A stretch of 64,000 bases of DNA, taken from assembly GCA_030264375.1 (NCBI GenBank), contig JASCQW010000168.1, positions 12,438,752 to 12,502,751 of the forward strand. The letters are read 5' to 3'. Below are positions 50,211 to 62,460 of this stretch, piece by piece. The position numbers and the translations under genes were made by a program. The notes below the pieces were generated by a model. It worked only from the letters and a program-made list of their open reading frames with translations. It was not told the DNA's origin and searched no databases. Positions within the stretch are counted from its first letter, which is position 1; each line of letters starts with the position of its first letter. Origin of the DNA: Carcharhinus longimanus (Eukaryota).

Positions 50211-50992
50211 GACTTTTAAGTGTGACTTAATGCAAATCCCTAATGCTATATGCGTGTGTATTGAGGACTTCAGTTGCACAGTCCTAACAGATCTCCATTC
50301 AAACGCTGTATTATGGTGTGGACAGCTTATTGCATGGAACCATAATGCAATTCGTGGACTAATTACATTTGCCTGAGACTGAGGTGGAGTTGGTAAAAGT
50401 TTTCTAGATTGGGGAATGTTAAAAGCAGTTGAGACAGAACTTCCTTGTCCAGTGGTTTCTGATGTTCTTAAACCGACAGTCTGATATTGCTCATCATTAC
50501 TTGGTGCAAGTACCAGATGTAGCACAAAATAATGTTCTTCTAGTGCAATTATTCATCTGGTAACCTCTGAACTGCTGTTTCCCCAGTGTAATCGTTTCAG
50601 ATGGTAACCAAATCAATTTGCAATGTTCCAAACATATTTTTGGTCCAAGAAGTATTTGGTTCATCACATGAATCTTGTAGTCTACATTTCTTTTGAAAAC
50701 AAATACTTTCCAGTGATTTGCCAACAGAAAATAGATAATGTGCATTTTAACGACTAGTTTTAAATCAGAATGCACAAATCTTTCTTTTACTACCTTTCTT
50801 AAAGCCTTGGGACTCTGCAAAGGGTTGATAGTGAACATTGCAGAATCCTTCCCATGGATATTAAATATGTAATATATTGTTTCCTTTGCTATGTATGCAC
50901 CATTACTAAGCCAGAAAAATAAAAACATGTGCATCAGAAAATAATTCATGCTGAACTTGAATCCAACACTAACAGTTGCCCTATATAAGGAA

Positions 50993-51086
50993 CAAAGAAA
51001 GACTTGCATTTATATTGTGCCTTTCATAACCCCAGGACATTCCAATGTGCTTTGTAGCCAATTGAAATACTCTTGAAGTGTAGTCC
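50993..51086 (-). mobile_element. DeuSINE/L2-type 3' tail fragment
   Basis: gacttgcatttatattgtgcctttcataacccc..acattccaatgtgctttgtagccaattga; reverse complement of 17880-17965. Confidence 0.6.
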
Positions 51087-52790
51087 CTGACCCAAATTTT
51101 CAGCATGATGGAGAGTCTCATGGTGAAAATGACAGAATAGGCCAAAATTCTTAAAACGTGGCACTTCCAATTTTTGAAGAGCAGCAATGCATGCATGTTT
51201 TCTGAAAACAGTTGGCCATTATAAATCCTTAGCTGCCTCCAGCAAAGTGGGATTTTGGTAGACCAGGAGTGTGAAAACTTAAGTGTTCAGATTAGACTGG
51301 GTCAGAGTGGATCTGAACTTTGTGGATTTATTTGAATAGTCGGGGTACTACATTGGAGAGGTAAGGTACTCCTTTGAATCTGATCCCGGGGCATCTTTGG
51401 GGAGATTAGGTGCCCTTTGGAGTTGGTTAGGTGCCCTTTGAATTGCTAATGGTAGACATAAACATGTGTAAAAAGTGTACAAATTCATTACTTTCAAGTT
51501 CATTGGAACTGTCAGTAGACTTGCTAAAATCAGCGATCAAAACCGAAGCACTTGTCAAAGGGACCTGTCAGGAGCAAAGGAAACTGTCAATGTATTTAAA
51601 AGACCTGACCTTTAAATCTTTGAAAGAAATGGAGTGTTAAAAAATTGCTTGCCGTTGTCTTTGATAAACCTGAGAGCTTCCATTACTGGACTAGTGCTAA
51701 TGATTGATTTCACAATCATCCAAGATCACAGTAGGTGCCTGCTATTTCGCAATGTGATTAATAACCGCAAATGGTTAAAGACTCTTTGATATGGGACTAT
51801 GAATTTGAGTGCTTGTTATTGTAAGGGATTGTGCACTTGAATGAAATATTTGTTGTTATAAGACTTTATTTAGTTAAATTTATTTAGTGAATGTAGTAGA
51901 TTCATTTTATGATTGTGTTTTCTCTCCAGTATATTGCATTGGATTGGTATTAGTGTTGTACAATGTATTGCTCTTCAATTTTTCTCTTGTTTAAGAGCCA
52001 GAAAATTTCAATACATTACTGATGTTGACAAAAGCCAGAACCAAGATTTTCAGTAGTATTATTAACTGATCTTGAAATATATCTTTCTAAACTTACGTAT
52101 TTTTTATTTTTGTTGAGTGATATTTGGTAGGGAATCTCATAACACTTTTGGTTTTACACTTAGAAAAAATATGCTAATTGTGACTTCATTGTGAACTAAC
52201 TACCAAGACAGTCCTTATTCTGCACAGCAGGGTACCCACCTCTCAGTTTGTCTGCCAAGAACATTGGGGTGAATTTTATGTTTTTCAATGGGGTGCGGAA
52301 ACCTAACTCGGAAGTGTGCAGTTTATCGATTCCCACCAACTTGCTTTGTAAATGCCGAATAAAGTGTGGCGCAGTCAATTAGTGGGCACCTGCTGGGAAG
52401 CTACCCAATTATAGCTGCATCCCAAACACAGTTAGTACCATGGCCAGCTTTTAAATGCCACACCATAGAAAGCACTTGTGACTTGAGTTAATATAATAAA
52501 TAATATAGAGTTATTTTTGTTGCAGCTACATTCACATTGTCATTTGAATAGCACCTTGAAGTATGTTTATATGAGTAAAGGCTCAAAGAATTGGATCTGC
52601 AGCCCAATACGTCATGTGGCAGTAGGGTAATACCCCATTGTTTGCCAAATCTGCACTGCGTTCTCTCCATACATTAGAAACTACCATGACAAATGTCATT
52701 AGAATGGAGAATGTGCTTTTCATCTAATCTCATTCTGAAACGATAATTAATTTTTAAGTAATTAGTACTCAGTAAAGAATTGAAGGTATC

Positions 52791-52912
52791 AGCCAGAATT
52801 CTCCAACCTTGCCCATGGTTGGGATTCTCCAGTCCTGCTGCAGTGAATGACATTTTGGCTGAATACCAAATTCTCAGTGACAATGGAGATACAAGATCAG
52901 AGAATTCCGGTC
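52791..52912. mobile_element. Short MITE (~120 bp)
   Basis: Imperfect TIRs gccagaattctc / gagaattccggt. Confidence 0.5.
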
Positions 52913-54769
52913 ACCTGAATCTTGAAGATTTTAGCACATTCGTAACCACTGTGCCTGTAGCTGGCACTCGTGAAAGAGACCCCCACCATTTTATGTGAAG
53001 ATGGTTGTAAACGTTGTGAATAATATCTTTTTCATGGTGATCTGTGCCACTTTAACATACTTTATCAGCAAGACGCAAGCAAAGCAAATTTCTCAGAGTT
53101 CCCCNNNNNNNNNNNNNNNNNNNNNNNNNNNNNNNNNNNNNNNNNNNNNNNGTGGAACCCCCTCCCAGCCTTTCCATCCCCCATCACCGTCCCTGGTTTA
53201 CTTTCCATTAACCCAACTCCCATCAGGCCCCACATCCAACCACCACCATGGTCTTTCCCCCATTGACTCATTCTACCAAAGACACCTACCTAACATATCC
53301 AGACCTTAACTTTGCCTCTTTCCTATTTGAATGCACCAGAGTGGATGCCAGTTGTTCAAGATTAACTGAAAACAATTAATACATATTGAAGCAACAACCC
53401 ATTTCATTCTTGCAGATACTTTCAGAAACTATGAATTGAGTTACAGGCTCTAGGCCTTTAAAACAAATTGAAAATGGCCAGAACACATGCTACATTATAG
53501 ATATTCAATGCGCAATTATTAGTCCATATTTATTTTATTCTTAGTTTATCTGATGGAATGAGATTTAGCTCTTACCATAATATTGGTCAGAGTGGGTGGG
53601 AGCAGAGTGGCTGGGGGGAAAGTGGGGGGCCAGTGGCAGCAGGAGAGTATCACAACCCTTGAAGTAATTATAGACTACTTTTAGACAATGACATTGCTGT
53701 GGTCATTCAAAGTCCAGAGGCCACTGACTGTAATGAAAAATATGTCACTATTAGTGCTGTGGATGCATAATAGTATGTCAAACAGTCACTATATTCAGTA
53801 ATTAATAGGTTTAAAGTGTGCAACCATTACAGATTTTTGTGAATAAATTGTAACTCAACATTGATTTTTTTTATTGATTAACCACCATTTCTTAGACATC
53901 TTGTGATGCAAATGACACAATCTCACTAGCTGTGTATGTTACAATAGATTTCACAATGTGGCAGGATTTCATCTGACCTGCACTCATAACATGGTGTTTC
54001 TGCATTTATGTCCTGCCACACTAGGTTCTAAAAAATATATATTTGCATCCATGTATGTGACTATTTGAATAATTTATTACCAAAAACAAAACTGATTTCA
54101 TTGCATGTTAATTTACTTGGCAAAATATGCCCAATTTTTTGGAATAAGGTTAAGAGTATTTGCTTTAATACATCTTGTTTCAAAAGGGAAACATTGCATG
54201 GAGCTTCATTCAAATGTACTTGTTATCTGTATCTTTCATGAAAATGTTGTCAAAATCTAAAGGAACATGGAGTTACTGTTGTATTACTTGCAACAGCTGA
54301 TTGTTGGTACAAATAATATTGATGAATAGTTTTGATACAATCGTAGAATCTGCCTTGACAAACAGACCTAAACATGAAAACATTCGATTCCAAAATGGCA
54401 ATGTACACACTTCTACAACACCCATGAATTAAACTAACAAAAACGATAACATACTGATTTGTTTTTAGCACAGAGGACATGATTTACAGAATATAATCTT
54501 CACACTTAAACATTGCAAGGACAATTAATTTTAGACTGAGAACAGTAACTCAGTAACATCAAATAATAAATATGTTTTGCCTCATTGCTACTGTTTATCT
54601 AAAAGAGCAAATCAATGCTTAAAAAATAAGCAAACTATCCAAGACTTTTTTGTGAGACTGAGCATATGTTACTGATTAATATCATTGTGCTTCTAAAATC
54701 ATTTTATATTGAGAGCACCCATTTAACATTGTAGATTAATTGGTTACCTCAGCTTTAAAAATCCTTAAA

Positions 54770-55135
54770 TTGTTCAGCTCCCAGTAACAAGCAATTTGTG
54801 TTGCTGTTTATTGTATATTATAAGAAAGAGTACTGTTTCAGTTTTTTTTGTATCTATTGCTCCTTTAATTAGTTGGTCTTTGGCAATGAATAACACTGCA
54901 CTGTAAATGGACAGGCCCCCGTGTCCTAATTTTATGCAGTGGAACTGCCAAGATTTGCTTCCAAGCATCGCTACAATGAAAAATGGCATGCATTTTCTTG
55001 ATAGTCCATGTGGTTGTAGAGTATAAATGGCTAATGAATTACAGATGAACATTGACGCAAATTAATCTTTTTGATGTCCCTATGTTATATGGCAGGCATT
55101 TAAAAGTTTAATCAATACACTAAAGTTGAAAACAT
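54770..55135. promoter_or_regulatory. Candidate conserved non-coding element / enhancer
   Basis: Unique non-repeat block dense in TAAT/ATTA motifs (ctttaattag, ggctaatgaattacag, caaattaatc, tttaatcaat); conservation not tested. Confidence 0.4.
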
Positions 55136-56389
55136 GCAGGCACTGCAGTTGTTTGGATGTAATAAACATTAGAGGAAAACTGGAGACTTGTACTCAGTAC
55201 ATGTATCATAATGACAGGTATTTATGTTTAATGGACTAAATATTTTTTACTGGAAGAGAACAAATGTCAGTTTAACTTTGAAGGTTCTGGATTTAAGTTA
55301 GCAATACAGTCTCGGGGAGATGGCTGCCATATCAAATAGTCAGTAAGGAAGCAAAAATCTAAACAATATAATGACTAATTGGTTCTGCCTTTAGTTAGTT
55401 AACTTAATGAAGCAAAATTGTCTGAATTTTTGTTTTTGTATGTGAATATTTTCTCCTTTCTCCACAATACACAGCCTAAACTGATTATTTAATTTTGGTA
55501 ACCTAGCTTTAACCTTCTCCGCACTTTGTTGTAAGGCATTTGTTAAATTTACCGTACCTTTTTCAAACAACTGCAGGGTGAATAGTAACTATGAAGTCTA
55601 ATGTTGATGCAGACCGATAAACAGTATGGATGAGATATATCCAGGCTAAAATAGCACCACACTACACTCCCTATCTCTGCCTAACCCCATAATTCAGTGT
55701 TACGTGTGGTTATGGATGTCTGTGCTCTGTGAGTCTATCTTTTTCCTACAGGTATTATTTCAGCCCTTTCAGATAATAAGGAATGTTTAATTGCATTGTT
55801 AATTGATTTTTTTGCACTGCGTTATTACAATGATTGATTGCTATGTTGATGGAAATGTTAAATGCAGCCCATGTAAAGTATCAGGGCAGTAAAGAGGGAG
55901 AGGCTTGCGGAGAACAGATAACCTTGATGTTAAGAGCTACATCCTTTGGATATGTCTTTCCTTGACATATTGATGGCTCTGGAATGGGAAAAGCTGATTG
56001 TATGCAGAATACAATCATTAAACCCACTTCAGTGCACTGTTGATTAATTTGTTTTTTCCTGAAGGTTCTAGTTAAACAGAAGGCCTCAGTAACCTCAAGA
56101 GCAGCAATATTTCAGTGGAAATTGTCTTAACTGATTTTCTCTTCTTCCTTTCACTCCTCCTCACCTCCTTCCCCCTGCAAAAAAAATCTGTTTCCATCAT
56201 CAGTACAGCAGAATAATCATTCGCCACCAGTAGCAAGTCTGAAGACAGCACATGCCCACATCAAAGCAGAGCATGTCAATGTCATTCAAGGATGTGGAGA
56301 TACACTCCCATTTTTAAACAAAGTATGACATATGAGGAACAAAGTGTTGATTGTTCCACTGCCAAATTGTACATAATGGAAACATTAGC

Positions 56390-56930
56390 TTCAAGATAAC
56401 TTTTAATCTGTCAGACTAATGGGTTCTTAATGTGTATAGGGGTTTAAATGTATGCCAGCCATGTCTGTATAAGGTAATATACTTGCGGCCCGAGAGGATC
56501 TCGATGACTGTACGCTCGACACAATATGGTTTATTATTGTGTGTCAGTTCATCATTCTGTTCCCACGGACTTTGAGCTGCTTCTCAATTTTCCCGAAACA
56601 GATTATATGAAGAAGAGGCCTGAGATTTGCAGTTATAGATGCACTGCTGCCTCTCGAGTATATTCTGATAAAGCTGTGCCTCGCCAGGATGAATAAGTTA
56701 CACAGACAGCTTGAGATACAAACTTTTTTCAGAGCGTGCATACGTGCATATGTTTCACAGCCTACCGTTGTACTGACTGTGTGCCTGTTCCTTTATGCCG
56801 TGTCAGACATGTGGAAAAGAAAACTTGAATGTCAACTTTTCCAGATCGCGGCCGATTAAATCTCCTCAGTGAACATTAAGGGATGGAAATAGAAACTGAC
56901 AGTCTTTACATTTGTAATAGGCATCATCTG
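56390..56930. promoter_or_regulatory. Candidate conserved non-coding element
   Basis: Unique sequence with local CpG retention (gcggcccgag, ctcgatg, acgctcgac, gatcgcggccgattaa) and TGTCA/TGACAG motifs in a CpG-poor background. Confidence 0.35.
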
Positions 56931-57644
56931 TACCTAATTTTGGTTTGTTAAGTTGTAAGTTATCAAAGTTAACAAAAATAAATAGAATAAAAGCATAAAG
57001 GTTTCATATTAAAAAAATGCATTTATAGCACATTTCTCTTAGTGTCATTTTCAATTTATCCACTTGTGACATGTAACTAAACAAGTTGGCGCTGGCAGTG
57101 AATATATCTTTGGTCTCTATCAATTATTAGTTATGACATTTGCTAAAGCAACAGTTTATAGAGACAGTATCCCTTTTGTTGGAGTCAACAGCGTTTTTTT
57201 AAAAAAAACTCTAACCTACAAAAGCCTGTTCATATTATTTCAGATTTTTGAAATTGGCGTTCTGAAGCATGAGATTTGTTACAAAATTCAAAAGTTAATG
57301 GAATAAACCTGCAGACCAACGTGTTACTGAGATCTTCCCACTTGTGAAAAAGGCTGTCATAACTCACTCACAACTGAGATCATGGGTCAATCTATACATG
57401 TAACACAATCTTGGATCTCAGTCTGTTTTGAGTTTAATCTTAGCAAGGGAGTTCCTGTTGATCAAGGCACCCCTGGGATAAGAAGGAGAAAATGAACAAG
57501 GATTCCCTCTTCTTGCTGGTATCAAAGCTCCCAGCTGAAAGTGCCTGTGGGTTGATGTCAACTAGTGACGTCAACCACCGTTGAATGCTCTGTTGCCATT
57601 TACCATCAAGACACGTGATAATAATAATCTCTATGGATCGAGTT

Positions 57645-58082
57645 ATAAAGACAGCTGGATAGACTGGGACTTTTTTCTCTGGAGTGTAGGAGGCTGAGGG
57701 ATGATCTTATAGAGGTCTATAAAATAATAATGGGTGTAGATCAGGTAGATAGTCAAAATCTTTTCCCAAAGATAGGGGAGGCTAAAACTAGAGGGTTTAA
57801 GGTGAGAGGGGAGAGATACAAAAGTTTCCAGAGGGGCAATTTTTTTCACACAGTGTGTGGTGAGTGTCTGGAACAAGCTGCCAGAGGTACTAGTAAAGGC
57901 GGGTACAATTTTATCTTTTAAAAAGCTCTTATATAGTTACATGGGTACGATGGGTATAGAGGAATATGGGCCAAATGCAGGCAATTGGGATTAGCTTAGG
58001 GGTTTAAAAAAATAAGGGTGGCATGGACAAGTTGGGCTGAAGGGCCTGTTTCCATGCTGTAAACCTCCATGATTCTATGACT
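57645..58082 (+). mobile_element. CR1 (HER1-like) LINE 3' fragment
   Basis: ctggagtgtaggaggctgagggatgatcttatagaggtctataaaat...catggacaagttgggctgaagggcctgtttccatgctgtaaacctccatgattctatga. Confidence 0.85.
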
Positions 58083-58263
58083 AGGGCAAGGCGTCAAAGG
58101 ATGATTGATGCCCATTGATAACCAAAAAAAGAGATTCTGGGTGTTCAGGAGAGAAGGAGTCCACATTGGCAGAAAAGAAAGGGTAAATTGATTCCAAAAT
58201 GAACAGCCTGTCAATATATTCAGTGTAAAATAATTACATATTACTGGCAGATTCAAGTTGAAT

Positions 58264-58919
58264 TACAGCTCAAATATCCATTATCTGAAATCCTTGGGAA
58301 TGATTGCGTTTCGGATTTCAGATCATTTTGCTTTTTGGATACTGCATTTAGGACTAGGCCTACTTAATTTACAATAGCCCAAGCCTAGATTACCTATAGT
58401 CTAAAATAAATAAGATAGCTAGAAAAGTCAGATGTTATCACTGAATAATAAATACAGGGTACCCTTATTAAGTTTCCACCGTCATTTGTGATTCTGCTTG
58501 GAGGAGGAAGTTCAAGGTATTGATGTGTAGACAGACAACTAGACTTCCTGCACTGAAGAGCAGGTATCAGTGAGGTGTGTGTCAGCTTGGGTCATGTTGG
58601 CTCAGGTCAGGGACTCCCCATACTTAAGGGTGGGTGCAATAGACAAGGTTTTGTTGTCTCACATCAGGGACTTGTTGCATTGAAGATTGGCTGTGGTTGG
58701 TGAGATTCCTTTTGGCTCGAATCGTGTCGACTCAAGTCAAGAACGTGCCACACTAAAAATTGAGTGTGATCTGTGAGGTTCCTGTGGGTTCGGGTTGTGT
58801 CAGCTTGGGTCAGGGACCTCTTCAGCTAAAGGTTGGGTGCAATGGATGAGCACCAGAGACTGGTGAGGTTCAAAAAAGTGCAGTTTTTGGATTTGTGGCT
58901 AAAGAGTACACAACCTGCA
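58264..58919. mobile_element. Tigger/pogo-like MITE
   Basis: tacagctcaaatatccattatctgaaa matches the reverse complement of 14385-14419; internal 58350-58450 matches the reverse complement of 13930-14030; other end ggctaaagagtacacaacctgca. Confidence 0.65.
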
Positions 58920-58940
58920 TTTCTTAACACATTTACAATA

Positions 58941-59110
58941 TCATAGAATTCCTACAGTGCAGAAAGAGGCCATTCGGTCCTTTGAATCTGCACCGACCAC
59001 AATCCCACCCAGGCCCTATTCCCACAATCCTATGTATTTACCCTACTTGTGTCCCTGACAATAAGGGGCAATTTAGCATGGCCAGTCCACTAAACCAGCA
59101 CATTTTTGGA
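58941..59110 (-). mobile_element. HE1-like SINE 3' part
   Basis: catagaattcctacagtgcagaaagaggccattcgg...ggggcaatttagcatggcca. Confidence 0.8.
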
Positions 59111-59420
59111 TATCTAATTTTAGGTTTTAATATATTTTAGATTTTTGTTTAATTTTGTTTTGCAAACTCCTAATAAAATGTCACCCCTATTTTTTGTATG
59201 CTTTGACTGCACATTGTTTGTCTGTGGCTTTGGATGGATTGCTGTTGTTTACTTAGTTTCCCTCATACATTGACCTACTATCTTTTCCTTGGAAACAGAT
59301 TGAGTATTGATGAGCTAGGTTTGTATTGAGTGAGGCTTCAAGAAGAGAACACAGACTATCCAGTATTTTTTCCAGGCTTAGGTTGAGTCTATACATTTAA
59401 TGTTCCAACTTAGATATATT

Positions 59421-59735
59421 GGGGCAGCATGGAGGCACAGCACTGCTGTCTCACAGTGCCAGGGACCCGGGTTCAATTCCTGGCTTGGGTCGCTCTCTGT
59501 CTGGTGTTTGCACATTCCCCTCATGCCTGTATGGGTTTCCTCCTGGTGCTCTGGTTTCCTCCCACAGTCTAAAGATGTGCAGGTTAGGTGGATTGGCCAT
59601 GCTAAATTGCCCCTTAGTGTCAGGGGAATAGCTAGGGTAAATGCATAGGGATGGGGATAAAGCCTGGGTAGACTGTGGTCGGTGCAAACTCGATGGGCCA
59701 AATGGCCTCCTTCTGCACTGTAAGGATTCTACGAT
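59421..59735 (+). mobile_element. HE1-like SINE, near full length (CR1-type tail)
   Basis: ggggcagcatgg..ctcacagtgccagggacccgggttcaattcc...gatgggccaaatggcctccttctgcactgtaaggattcta. Confidence 0.85.
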
Positions 59736-60670
59736 ATCCGATAGGCTTTTAGCCACAAACTTGTTGTGCCACAGTGAGGATATGCATCTTCTTACAACTA
59801 ACACAGTTATGCCAATCTGTGCTCTCTTCACCAGTGGCAATGTATGGATAGTGAGTAGATTTGTAGGTGAGTGGTTGTCCAGGATTTTCCTAGGGTCTCT
59901 GGGAAACAAAGGTTAATTTTCAGGCCACTGCCTGCTGGGAAGTGTGGAGAAAAGTGTAAGGAATTGAAGGAAATGCGAATATTTTTCATTTTCTTTGAAC
60001 ACTTAATAGTTCTAAAGATATTGCAGTGGGGATAAAAAGGTTGTTTGATGAACCGGCATAATCAGTTAAGAGTCTGTTTGCTTTCTAATTGCTGAAGGAA
60101 AGTAGGGCATGTGAAGATTAATGTGTTGGGAAACCAAAGGCAGGAACATGTGTGTGGGCAGAGAGGTTGGAGATGGGAGGTCATGTGATGAAGCTTTCAG
60201 GAATCCACTAAACCAGATCTGGCAACCCTAGTGAGAGCATTTGTGATGATAATTTTGGCCTACCATCCACAATAGTCGGATTAGAGGGAATGACCAGCAC
60301 ATGTGTTATCACATATTACAGTACATTGTCCATGTGCATAACTAACAATTTAACCAAGTATTCTTTTCCCCTCAAGATTACTTCAGTACTGAATTGGATT
60401 CTGAAAGTTGAACATGGGGAAACTTGGGAGTAAATTACATCTTTGGTCTAATGATCCTTTAAATTCTCATGAATTATAATCAATCATGCTTGTAAAAGAA
60501 CTCCCATCACAGGCTCTCAAACTACAATGCAACTATGATTCATTACAGTGATTAAGAAGTCTGCCAATACCTTACTTTTTCATCCAAAATGCATTTTTGC
60601 ATCACTAATTTGGAAAGGATTTTGTACAAAATGCAACCATATGTAAAATATCAAAATGTGTAAACCTGCC

Positions 60671-60692
60671 AGAGAGAGAGAGAGGGAGAGAG
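60671..60692. repeat. (GA)n microsatellite
   Basis: agagagagagagagggagagag. Confidence 0.8.
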
Positions 60693-61011
60693 TCATGGTG
60701 AGGAAAATACAAGTAAATGGATGGGCATGTTACCATAACTTGAATTGGAAATGACAGGGTTCAGTTGTTGCAACACAATAATCCAGAAAATGACTCTACA
60801 TTTTGAAGATGCAACTCTGAAATGTGAAACAACTCCAGTAAACATTTGGAAAACCATTCTTGGATGAAAATTCCTTGAAAGGAATGATGCAGGCACCAGA
60901 AATGTTGTTTTTAATACATAGAAGGTAGCTCTTACATATATTTATATTTGCTAACACAGTCAAATCTTACCAATTTTTACCAGTACATTGTTTTCTCTAG
61001 CCAGTTTACAG

Positions 61012-61948
61012 GATGTGGAGATGCCAGCGTTGGACTGGGGTTGGCACAGTAAGAAGTCTCATAACACCAGGTTAAAGTCCAACAGGTTTATTTGGTATCA
61101 CAAACTTTCTGAGCACTGCTCCTTCATCAGGCAACTGACCTGATGAAGGAGCAGCANNNNNNNNNNNNNNNNNNNNNNNNNNNNNNNNNNNNNNNNNNNN
61201 NNNNNNNNNNNNNNNNNNNNNNNNNNNNNNNNNNNNNNNNNNNNNNNNNNNNNNNNNNNNNNNNNNNNNNNNNNNNNNNNNNNNNNNNNNNNNNNNNNNN
61301 NNNNNNNNNNNNNNNNNNNNNNNNNNNNNNNNNNNNNNNNNNNNNNNNNNNNNNNNNNNNNNNNNNNNNNNNNNNNNNNNNNNNNNNNNNNNNNNNNNNN
61401 NNNNNNNNNNNNNNNNNNNNNNNNNNNNNNNNNNNNNNNNNNNNNNNNNNNNNNNNNNNNNNNNNNNNNNNNNNNNNNNNNNNNNNNNNNNNNNNNNNNN
61501 NNNNNNNNNNNNNNNNNNNNNNNNNNNNNNNNNNNNNNNNNNNNNNNNNNNNNNNNNNNNNNNNNNNNNNNNNNNNNNNNNNNNNNNNNNNNNNNNNNNN
61601 NNNNNNNNNNNNNNNNNNNNNNNNNNNNNNNNNNNNNNNNNNNNNNNNNNNNNNNNNNNNNNNNNNNNNNNNNNNNNNNNNNNNNNNNNNNNNNNNNNNN
61701 NNNNNNNNNNNNNNNNNNNNNNNNNNNNNNNNNNNNNNNNNNNNNNNNNNNNNNNNNNNNNNNNNNNNNNNNNNNNNNNNNNNNNNNNNNNNNNNNNNNN
61801 NNNNNNNNNNNNNNNNNNNNNNNNNNNNNNNNNGGACTGGAGTAAACACAGTAAGAAGTCTCACAACACCAGGTTAAAGTCCAACAGGTTTATTTGGTAG
61901 CACAAGCTTTCAGAGTGTCGCTCCTTCATCAGGTGAGTCACTTTGATG
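61012..61948 (-). mobile_element. Penelope-derived terminal repeats flanking a 677-N gap (two direct copies with hammerhead-like cores)
   Basis: 61012-61131 and 61834-61941 both contain ggactgg..cacagtaagaagtctcacaacaccaggttaaagtccaacaggtttatttggta..ctttc.gag..gctccttcatcagg; fold-back at 61116-61154. Confidence 0.75.
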
Positions 61949-62249
61949 GATTGTTTTAAAACCCTAAAGATAATAATGAAACAGAATTAGCAAATGATAG
62001 AATATTGGAATGCATTAACCATTTGAATGTTTGAGTGTTCCAGCCTGTAGAGCTTCTGTCCTGTGTATTTTTCAAGTCATAGGCTGGAATTTTACTGGTT
62101 TGCCTGCCATTGGAATCGGAGCAGGCGAGGGACGGAGTATGGAAAGGTCCATTGACCTTGGGTGGGATTTTACAGGCAAGTGAGGCTTTAACATCCCGCC
62201 CATATAGTCTTTTATTGTGCTGAAGGAGATCTTTTGACCAATCAAGTCG

Positions 62250-62460
62250 ATGGTGGCTGTCCTTGGAGTAATGCAGACAGTACCCCTCCTCCCCCACCCC
62301 TTTCTGATTGACCTTGTGCCCTTACAGGTTAATTTCCTCTTGAAATCATTGATTGTTTTTGCTTCCACCATTCTCATGGGCAGCAAGTTCCAGGTCATTA
62401 CCACATACTGTGCAAAAAAAGTTCTTTCTCATGGCAACCCCCTGCATCTCTTGCCCTTCT
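62250..62460 (-). mobile_element. CR1 LINE 3' fragment
   Basis: Minus-strand translation VVMTWNLLPMRMVEAKTINDFKRKL. Confidence 0.7.

Noticed and set aside
50497-51009. 170-aa minus-strand ORF and other 100-135 aa ORFs (31402, 35975, 47647, 50160)
   Set aside because: No recognisable domain, with composition typical of chance ORFs in AT-rich non-coding DNA
61127-61877. Longest ORFs in the track (244-245 aa; also 36682-37260 and 5639-6136)
   Set aside because: Composed largely of X from N gaps
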